DNA of 64,000 nucleotides, taken from NCBI GenBank assembly GCA_964016885.1, contig OZ024745.1, forward strand, positions 29,388,001 to 29,452,000, written 5' to 3'. The DNA comes from Eledone cirrhosa. Lineage: Eukaryota. Made by a program: the position numbers and the translations under genes. Below, one piece after another: positions 11,749-20,849 of this stretch; the first letter of the stretch is position 1; each line of letters starts with the position of its first letter. Under the pieces are notes generated by a model. The model was not told the origin of the DNA. It did no database searches and saw only the letters and a list, made by a program, of their open reading frames with translations.

Positions 11749-14395
11749 TTAATTGTAAGTTGTGATGTTGCTGTTCCACTCATATTTTCTATTTAATTTT
11801 GGTTGTAATTCTTTTATGTTTATTGCCTCTGTAATTTGTCTAAACATTGCGTCTTTTCTGTGTGTAGATTCTATTTTTATTTCTATGTTCTCTAATTTAC
11901 CCTTGTGTTCTATCTTAGCATGTTGGTAGAGTACAGATGATTCTTTATTATCTTGAAGGTCTCGCCAGTGTTCATTTATCCGTTCCCCTACACTACGAGC
12001 TGTCTCACCTATGTACACTATATTTTTGTCTCTACATTGTCCTTCAGTACATCTTATGCTATACACTACATTTTTAGTTTTACAGTTAATATGGGGGCTT
12101 ATTTTACAGGTTACACATTTCTTATCTATACATGAGGGTCTTTGAAAAGGGTATGTCTTGCTAATAAGTGTTTTTACGGAGGTACCTGATCTTTCTACTA
12201 TCTTAATATTGAGTTTATGTTTATTTAGGGCCCTTCTAAATTTGTAAGCTAGTTCACCTCTAGGGGTTGTATCGATGAACATTACACTCTGGTATTTATT
12301 GCTATCATACCATGAGTTTATTCTATTAGCCTTGTTCCTAGTTCTTTCTATTCTATTCCAAAATTTGCTCCTATACAAGGGGCAGGTCCCATTTATGTCA
12401 TTATTTACCATTTTCTCCCATTTGGTTCTGGCTCCTCTATACACTCTGATTCTATCTCTCTGATTGTAGCCAGAGAACTGCATACGGTGGATGAAGTGTT
12501 GTATGTGTCTCTCTAGTTCTTCGGGATTGCACATGCGGGACACGTTTCTCATCACCCGTACCAAATCCGCAATCAGTATGTTGATTTTGGTATGGTCCGA
12601 AATGGCCGAGTTTCGGTGAATCAGATGTTTGGAAGTCATGGGTTTGGCATAATGGGAATGGAGGATTTGTTTTTTGTTGTTAACGGTATCTAACCAGAGC
12701 TCTGTGTCTAGTACAGGTAATCGATGGTTGAGGTGTTTACTTGGGTAGTCTATAGTAACTCTAATGCTCTGGTGGATGGAGTTTGCTATTTGCTGGATGC
12801 TTTCCATTGTGTATTTCTCTAGTTCCTGACTGTTCTCTAGTGGGGGTGTCTTAACTACGATGTTTATATCATCTATGTAGCGGGAGTACATTATCAGGGT
12901 TAAGGTGTCTTCTAATTGTTCTTTAAGTTTAAGTCTACTGTCCCACCATACCATGAATAAGTTAGCTATGTCGCCTGCAATGCTAACACCAATGGCTGCT
13001 CCTTCCTCTTGGGCATATGTTTTTCCATTAAATTTGAACATATGTTCCTTAAGGGTTAGTTTTATGCTGGCCCCTACCGCATGTGCAATCATTTTCTTCA
13101 GTTCATCGTGGTTTTCGGGTGTCCGTATGGCTCTGGTCCACCCGTTCCATCTATCTGTGTGGGTTTTCTTGGCCATTGAGGTAATGGTAGGTGGTCTGCC
13201 TCTTGCTGGTCTTGTAGGGCACAAGTTGCTAAGGTCATAAGTGTCTAGGTAACTATTACTATAGGTAAGCTTAAGTAGGAGTCCCAGCTCACTGGTATCA
13301 ATCCCACGGAACTCAACCTTGCTCTCACTGATCATTTCTACGCATTTCTCCACAGCAAAATCTACGTCAATAGATGGATACAGGGACACAACATCCATAC
13401 TGCCTATTATGCAGTTTGTTAGGTCCCCAGATCGGTTACTCACGCCGATTCTGCTGAGGAGGTCCTCCGTGCTGTCACATACATCTGGGGACATTTCAAT
13501 GATGGGGCGTATGATCAGGGAGAGGAAGTAGGACAGTCTGTAGTTACTAGCAATGTTAGCTCCACAGACTGGCCGTGTTGGTGGTCCCGCGACAGGGTCA
13601 CAGCCCGTTTTATGGTCTTTTCGAAGCCCATACAACGCCGGCACGTCATTGTTCCAGGCCTGGAAGTTGTTGGCAGTCCTTTTGTTGGGCTGCATTATAT
13701 TTGTCCACATCACCATATGGGCATTGAGGGTTTTTTCTCTATCCTCATGCTCCTGTGGTGTTACCTCTCTTGTGTTAGTGATGTGGGGTTGCATTGCCTG
13801 GATGTAGTTTGGCAGGCTGTCAACCAACATTCTGCCAGACTTGTCTGTTGGAAAGCATGCTATCTCTCCATTACGTGAGCGCTGCATGAGCTTACGCAAG
13901 CCATTTGCAGATTTTTCTCCCAGTTGCTGGGCCTCCATTCTATTATGCTTCTTGCTATACTGTTCTATAATATTTCTAAGTTCGGATCTAGCTCTACTAA
14001 ATTGTGCTTCTGTTTGTTCATCGACCTGCGACGGCAATTGCGTGCGTTTGTTAAATGGTAAAGTCGTGGCCTGGACTCGTCGCAGGTCGAATGATTTATC
14101 GGAGGGATTATAAAACGGAGAGTTCCAGGCTGCTGCTTTATGTGTACTAGTGCTATTGTTATTGTTAGTTGTGTTGTTTCTATTTCTATTTCCACCAACA
14201 GCCTCTTGGTTGTTTCTATGTCTCTCATAATTACTCCTGTCTCTTTCCACTGGCTCATTGTTGTTATCTACCCTATTTTGTGTGTCTGTGTGTTTGTCTT
14301 GGTTATTCTCTTTGTCCTTAGTCTCCCTTCTCCTTTTAATCCTATTACTTTCCCTTATTTCTGTGATTTCTGTGCTACTGTCATTACTTGTTTTC
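11749..14395 (-). CDS. Penelope-like RT + GIY-YIG endonuclease (C-terminal ~880 aa of a disrupted ORF)
   Basis: TDKSG, TRPVCGA, GSMDVVSLYPSID, GAAIG, YSRYIDD, PVLD, Cys-rich linker CIDKKCVTC...C, VVYSIRC...YIGETARS...R..EH, EA..I...QPKLN. Confidence 0.93.
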
Positions 14396-14506
14396 GAGTT
14401 CAAATCCCGCCGAGGTTGACTTTGCCTTTCATCCTTACGGGGTCGATAAAATAAAGTACCAGTAATACACTGGGTAATTGCTGGCCTTGTGCCAAAAGTA
14501 GAAACA
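14396..14506 (+). mobile_element. SINE family A (Deu/Nin-like central domain), 5'-truncated, 13-bp TSD ATTACTTGTTTTC
   Basis: TSD at 14383-14395 and 14507-14519; GCCTTTCATCCTTACGGGGTCGATAAAATAAAGTACC core. Confidence 0.9.
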
Positions 14507-14630
14507 ATTACTTGTTTTCTGTGTCTGTGTGTTTAAGATTGTGGTGGTGGTGAGAGGCATTGAATGCGTGTGTGTTGTTGTTGTTGATGTGTGCTGTTGT
14601 TGATGTGTGTTGTTGTTGTCTCCGTGTGTG

Positions 14631-15566
14631 TTATTGTTGTTGTGTGTTGTTATTGTTGTTTGTGTCTGCGTGTCTGTTGTTGTTGTTTCTGGGTATGTTG
14701 TTATTGTTGTTGTTGTTGATGTGTGTGTTGTTGTTATTGTTGTTTGTGTCTGTGTGTCTGTTGTTGTTGGGATGTGTGTTGTATATGTGTGTGCGTATAT
14801 TGTTGCTTTTGTTTTTGTTTTTGTTTTTGTTTTTGATGCTCCAGCGTAGTTTTGTAAATGATTTTTCTATTTCTGACAGACAACTAATCATATTTACCTT
14901 CTTGAATGTCGCAAATTTTGGGGGTAAACATAACACAGACATTTCGTCATTATCTATTCTTACGTTACCATATATATTTGTGTTTTTGTTGTTGAACTCT
15001 TCTGTTAATGAGGTGTCGGCCATATTTATACCGTCAATTTTGTCGGGATATCTATTGGTATTCTCTATAGTATCCTGATTTAGCTTTATCTGCTTAAGCC
15101 ACTTTAGTTTCTTGTTAAAGTGCTTATCACATTCTTGAGTAATGTACTGTTCTTCAGGGCGTATAAGGCTTATAAATATTAGTTTCTCTCTTGGTGTGGT
15201 GATCCTAGCTATTTCTTGTATTAGGTTACGCTTATGTTTTTCTTGATGACTTAATTCTCTATAGATCTTCTTTTTTATGTTTAGAATTAATGTTCGTTTT
15301 AGCCTATCTGTTTGTTTTTTGGTGAGTTGTAATCTTCTAACGTCGGTGTTGATGGTGTTGGTGTAAACTTGGGATGAGGCACACTGTTTTATGAAGTGTA
15401 GTTGTCGAGATGTTATGGTTTTTCGTAGACAACAGAACATGGTGGTTTTCAGTATCTTGTTAGCCTTGCTAAGGCTTACGATATTTCGTTTCTGAATTTG
15501 TTTAGCAAGATTCTTTATCTGAAATTGTGTGTTGAAACCGATATTGTTATACTTTGGGAGGGTCAT
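14631..15566 (-). CDS. N-terminal part of the same Penelope ORF (ATG at 15566, MTLPKYNN...), separated from the RT part by a frameshift and a SINE
   Basis: Contains the PLE-like E.SVL.L.PKF and EIEK...KLRW motifs; the downstream frame is open across the overlap. Confidence 0.8.
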   Translation of the reverse strand: MTLPKYNNIGFNTQFQIKNLAKQIQKRNIVSLSKANKILKTTMFCCLRKTITSRQLHFIKQCASSQVYTNTINTDVRRLQLTKKQTDRLKRTLILNIKKKIYRELSHQEKHKRNLIQEIARITTPREKLIFISLIRPEEQYITQECDKHFNKKLKWLKQIKLNQDTIENTNRYPDKIDGINMADTSLTEEFNNKNTNIYGNVRIDNDEMSVLCLPPKFATFKKVNMISCLSEIEKSFTKLRWSIKNKNKNKNKSNNIRTHIYNTHPNNNRHTDTNNNNNNTHINNNNNNNIPRNNNNRHADTNNNNNTQQQ

Positions 15567-15705
15567 GTTGCCAATAAGAAACACACGCACCAGTTGCTTT
15601 CACTTCAATTTATTATATATTTATAAATTTACAAATTTATATATTTCTGGTTGGTTGGTTGGTTCCACAACCAGATAGTTGTTTATATATAGTCATTTAT
15701 ATAGT

Positions 15706-16485
15706 CTTTTCAAAGACCCTCATGTATAGATAAGAAATGTGTAACCTGTAAAATAAGCCCCCATATTAACTGTAAAACTAGAAATGTAGTGTATAGCATA
15801 AGATGTACTGAAGGACAATGTAGAGACAAAAATATAGTGTACATAGGTGAGACAGCTCGTAGTGTAGGGGAACGGATAAATGAACGCTGGCGAGACCTTC
15901 AAGATAATAAAGAATCATCTGTACTCTACCAACATGCTAAGATAGAACACAAGGGTAAATTAGAGAACATAGAAATAAAAATAGAATCTACACACAGAAA
16001 AGACGCAATGTTTAGACAAATTACAGAGGCAATAAACATAAAAGAATTACAACCAAAATTAAATAGAAAATATGAGTGGAACAGCAACATCACAACTTAC
16101 AATTAAGGACAAAATGAAAACACACACACACATAGAACAAACAACCAACCAGTAACATGTAAATAAACAAATAGATAAATGAACATAAACACACACAGAC
16201 ACCCGGATGTGGCGCATGCGCAGACTGAGCACACAACACACACACAGAAACAAAATGGCGTAGGACAGAACAAAGGAGAGGCACAGAAACAAAGAAAGGA
16301 ATCCCCAGTCACTGAAGAGGTCACAGAGTGTGTGACGAAAGAACTATGACTATATATAAACAACTATCTGGTTGTGGAACCAACCAACCAACCAGAAATT
16401 TATAAATATATAATAAATTGAAGTGAAAGCAACTGGTGCGTGTGTTTCTTATTGGCAACATGACCCTCCCAAAGTATAACAATAT
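15706..16485 (+). mobile_element. Inverted 5'-truncated copy of the Penelope 3' end (GIY-YIG tail, 3' UTR, hammerhead, leader)
   Basis: Near-exact reverse complement of 11354-12149. Confidence 0.93.
16307..16351 (+). ncRNA. Minimal type I hammerhead ribozyme
   Basis: Identical to the motif at 11504-11548. Confidence 0.85.
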
Positions 16486-16795
16486 GTATATATATGTATA
16501 TGTATATATATGTATATATATATATGTATATATATGTATGTATATGTATATGTATGTATATGTATGTATATGTATGTATATGTATGTATATGCATGTATA
16601 TGTATATATATATATATATGTGTGTATAAATATGTATATATATGTATATAAATATGTATATATATGTATATAAATATGTATATATATATGTATATATATA
16701 TGTATATATGTAGGAGGTGAGTTTTATTGTAGTACAATAAAGCAATGCAGATATCGGATAAGAAGCACTCTACAGTTTGTAGGACTGGACTATAC

Positions 16796-17235
16796 ATAAT
16801 ATAAGATCAAAAGATGGTTAAAGGAGTTCCATGTATTTTATTATGCGCATTTCAAAAACAAACATCATCATACAATAATATTTGTGTTTTCATCAGATAA
16901 AACAGGAGAACATGATATGAAGGCTAAAAAACACTTGTGGATAGTGCAGTTTTAGATCAACATATGAAAAGTGGTTTTAGATTGATGTGTGATATTGGGA
17001 AAAATATTTTATTTCTAAATAAAATATTTTTCCCAATATCACACATCAATCTAAAACCACTTTTCATATGTTGATCTAAAACTGTACTATCCACAAGTGT
17101 TTTTTAGCCTTCATATCATGTTCTCCTGTTTTATCTGATGAAAACACAAATATTATTGCATGATGATGTTTGTTTTTGAAATGCGCATAATAAAATACAT
17201 GGAACTCCTTTAACCATCTTTTGATCTTATATTAT
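16796..17235. repeat. 440-bp palindrome (219-bp arms, 2-nt spacer, 2 mismatches seen)
   Basis: Centre ...aaaatattttattt CT aaataaaatatttt... Confidence 0.95.
17129..17195 (+). ncRNA. Hammerhead ribozyme with long stem II (mirror copy at 16836-16902 on the minus strand)
   Basis: ttttat CTGATGA [aaacacaaa...tttgttttt] GAAA tgcgca TA ataaaa; palindromic stem III atgcgcat. Confidence 0.72.
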
Positions 17236-17240
17236 ATATG

Positions 17241-17273
<33 letters not shown>

Positions 17274-17396
17274 GTATATGTATATATATATATATGTATC
17301 ATCATCATCATCGTTTAACGTCCATGTTCCACGCTTGCATGGATATATGTATATATATATATATGTATATGTGTATATGTATATGTATATATATAT

Positions 17397-18052
17397 ACAA
17401 TTAAGTTAAAAATGTACATCTACATATGCATACTGAAATACTAGTATGCATATGAATACACACACGTATACATATGTAGATGTACCAAGTCTTTCACTGG
17501 TTACTTTACTGTGAGTATCCAGCTATTCTGTATGTAAACACACAGACAAACCGGTTTTTAGAGTCATACTGGTTTTTGAGGAAACACCTTTCCTCTATTC
17601 TCCAGAAAGCCAGACAAGGAATATTGAACTAGTTTCGTTGTTGTTACAACTCATCAGCAATATTTACCTATCTACCGGCCTTTCTGGAGAATCGTAAAAG
17701 CACATATTGTTATATGCTTTTTCTATGAAAATTAGTAGTGGGCAGACTAATTTGCATAGAGTGTGAGTACGTACCGGTTCAACGGAGACGATAAAAACAA
17801 ATAACGAAACGAAATTAAATTTCGTTTCGTTTGTAACTCACTTTTGTATGACTGACGCTTAAACAATTAAGTTAAAAATGTACATCTACATATGCATACT
17901 GAAATACTAGTATGCATATGAATACACACACGTATACATATGTAGATGTACCAAGTCTTTCACTGGTTACTTTACTGTGAGTATCCAGCTATTCTGTATG
18001 TAAACACACAGACAAACCGGTTTTTAGAGTCATACTGGTTTTTGAGGAAACA
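17397..18052 (-). mobile_element. Partial-tandem non-coding element: 190-bp direct repeats (period 466 bp) around a hammerhead
   Basis: 17397-17586 equals 17863-18052. Confidence 0.7.
17620..17664 (-). ncRNA. Minimal type I hammerhead ribozyme
   Basis: Minus strand: aatattg CTGATGA gttg taacaa caac GAAA ctag TT caatatt; outer stem ttctccagaaag/ctttctggagaa. Confidence 0.8.
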
Positions 18053-18221
18053 TAACATATTGTTAATATGATATCCCTGAAATATATATAGTGAAATAAA
18101 TATGGTTTTATAAATATAATTTCCATTTATTTAATATCGTAAATATACTCCAAATACTTGTTGAGTGCTTTTATATCAGTTATAAATATTTACTCGTTGT
18201 AACCCAACAATTTAAATATAA

Positions 18222-18997
18222 CTGGGCATTGTGTGCAGAGGATATACGCAGACTAGAGAGGAACGAAGCTTGCATGCTCCGCTGGATGTGTAACAGTAAT
18301 ATACGTGAACGGCAAAGCATAAACGAACTAAGGAAAAAATTAGAGATAAGAGGGATTAGATGTTGTTTACTCGAGAGAAGGCTACGTTGGTATGGACACG
18401 TGATGCGCATGAAAGTCGATAGCTGTATAACAAAGTGCAGGGCAATAAAGATAGACGGTAGTCACGGAATAGGCAGACCTAGAAAAACCTGGGACGAGCT
18501 GATAAACTCCGACATCACACACTTACACCTCTCCAAGACAATGTCACTGGACCGAGACCTTTGGCGGTACTCAGTAACAGAGAAGACCCGCCTTACCTAA
18601 ATATATAGTAAAACCTACTCCAACCAGTAGGCATCTCTAACAAAATACACCCCGTCCCACCACCACCACCCCCACCCCATCAACACCACCCCGTTCTATG
18701 TAAAGTTATGTTGGTGCCGCGCCATAGGCCGAAACAAATGAGATCGTGTAGGTGTCACGACAAAAAAACACACAATCCACGCTGTAATGTGGCCGTGTAG
18801 GCAACACGGTAAAAACCTCCCAGACCCACACTGTAAATGTGGTTGGTGTTAGGAAGGGCATCCAACTGTAGAAAACCTGCCAGACAGTCCTATGCGAGCA
18901 AGACAATCACTCTTGCCTCAAGTGGGACTACCCCCGTCCAAACCCATGCAAGCGTGGAACACGGACGTTAAACGTTGATGATGATGATGATGATGAT
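18222..18997 (+). mobile_element. 5'-truncated RTE LINE
   Basis: ORF 18229-18600 matches the C-terminus of the 8372-10279 protein; GAT tail. Confidence 0.93.
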
Positions 18998-19000
18998 ATG

Positions 19001-19035
<35 letters not shown>

Positions 19036-19048
19036 GTATATATATATG

Positions 19049-19081
<33 letters not shown>

Positions 19082-19251
19082 GTATATATATATATGCATA
19101 TATGTATATGCATATATATATATTACAACTTATCGTTTTCGGTACGCCTGGCCGAACTCACTCGATATGCAAATTAGGCTGCTCAGTCGTTAATTTTCAT
19201 AAGGAAAGTATATACTTTCGAACGTTCAACCATCTGGCAGAAGGGTATACG

Positions 19252-19288
19252 GTGCTGATGATAGCTAACAAGCTTGAAACTAGTACAT
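19252..19288 (+). ncRNA. Probable degenerate hammerhead in a ~300-bp island between microsatellites
   Basis: gtg CTGATGA t agct aaca agct t GAAA ctag TA cat. Confidence 0.55.
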
Positions 19289-19444
19289 AGTTCCTGTGTC
19301 AGTGTTGAACAAAAAGGTGACGTGGTTGCCTTAACACCGTACGGCATAAATTCAGGCTGTTCAGTTTGTTTACAAACGAACAAAGCGGGCGTTATAATAA
19401 GCGTCCGCTAAACTGATACGTACATATATGTATGTGTACCTGTA

Positions 19445-19514
<70 letters not shown>

Positions 19515-19935
19515 TGCTACTGTACGTCTGTATACATATATGTATGTACGTATACATACATACTTACATATATATATGTATATGCATATATATATGTATA
19601 TATGTATATGCATATATATATGTATATGCATATATATATGTATATGCATGTATATATGTATATGCATATATATATGTATATGCATATATATATGTATATA
19701 TGTATATGCATATATATATGTATATGTATATGTATATATGTATATGCATATGTATATGTATATGTATATATGTATATGCATATATATATGTATATGTATA
19801 TATGTATATGCATATATATATGTATATGTATATGTATATATGTATATGTATATGTATATATGTATATATATATATGTATATGTATATATGTATATATATA
19901 TATATGTATATATATGTATATATGTATATATATGT

Positions 19936-20396
19936 ACACACTTACACCTCTCCAAGACAATGTCACTGGACCGAGATCTTTGGCGCTACGTAGTAATACA
20001 GAAGACCCACCTTGCCTAAGTACCAAGCGAAACCTACAGTCAGTAGGCACCTCCTAACCAAAAATAGACCCACACCCACTACCCTTACCCCCACTCCCAT
20101 CTACACCCAAAGTTATGTTGGTACCACAACATCCAGTCCTAAATAAATGAGGTCGCATAGGTGTCACAACAAAAAAACACACAGTCCACGCTCTAATGTG
20201 GCCGTGTTGGTAACACGGTAAAAATCTCCCAGTCCACACTGTAAACGTGGTTGGTGTTAGGGAGGGTATCCAGCCATAGAAAACCCGCCAGACAGTCCTA
20301 TACGAGCAAGACAACCAATCTTGCCTCACATGGGACAATTCCCGTCTAAACCCATGCTAGCGTGGAAGATAGACGTTAAGCGACGATAATGATGAT
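19936..20396 (+). mobile_element. Older RTE 3' fragment
   Basis: [18 protein letters not shown] plus 3' UTR. Confidence 0.88.
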
Positions 20397-20415
20397 ATGT
20401 ATATATATATCAAAT

Positions 20416-20754
20416 GGAGGCACATGGCTTAGTGGTTAGAGCATTGGCCTTGCAATCGAAAGGTTGTGAGTTCAATTCTCAGACCGGGTGATGTGTTGTT
20501 TCCTTGAGCAAGAGACTTTATTTCACATTGCTCCAGTTTACTCAGCTGTAGAAATGAGATGATAGGGACTGGGGTCTCTATCACTCCACTGCAAAGTGGT
20601 CGTGGAGGTGCCGCGGCAAAAAAGCACCCAGCACTCACTGTAAATGAGGTTGGTGTTAGGAAGGGCATCCAGCTGTAGAAATCAAGCCAGAATCAGTTCC
20701 CGTCCCACCCTTGAAAGCAGGGAAAAGCGGACGCAAAATGAAATGATGATGATG
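20416..20754 (+). mobile_element. Full-length SINE family B: tRNA head, CORE/Meta-like centre, RTE-derived tail
   Basis: A box TGGCTTAGTGG, B box GAGTTCAATTC, tail TTGGTGTTAGGAAGGGCATCCAGCTGTAGAAA...(GAT)n. Confidence 0.88.
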
Positions 20755-20849
20755 ATATCAAAGGTATACATTGAGTTAGAAACTCAAAATAGTCTCTTAC
20801 AATAAAATAGCTCTAGGAAAGAGATTTTTCTGAGCAGTATATTATAATT

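Larger units (their letters stand above)
11297..15695 (-). mobile_element. Near-full-length Penelope-like retroelement with direct pLTR repeat (11297-11508 matches 15484-15695)
   Basis: RT and GIY-YIG ORF; leader and ORF start repeated at the 3' end; hammerhead in the 3' pLTR. Confidence 0.93.

Noticed and set aside
11749-14395. Selenocysteine recoding as in some Naiad elements
   Set aside because: No in-frame TGA in the ORF and no SECIS recognised by eye
20416-20490. tRNA gene
   Set aside because: The A and B boxes belong to a SINE head that continues into SINE body; the same holds at 25666, 45980, 46869 and 63466
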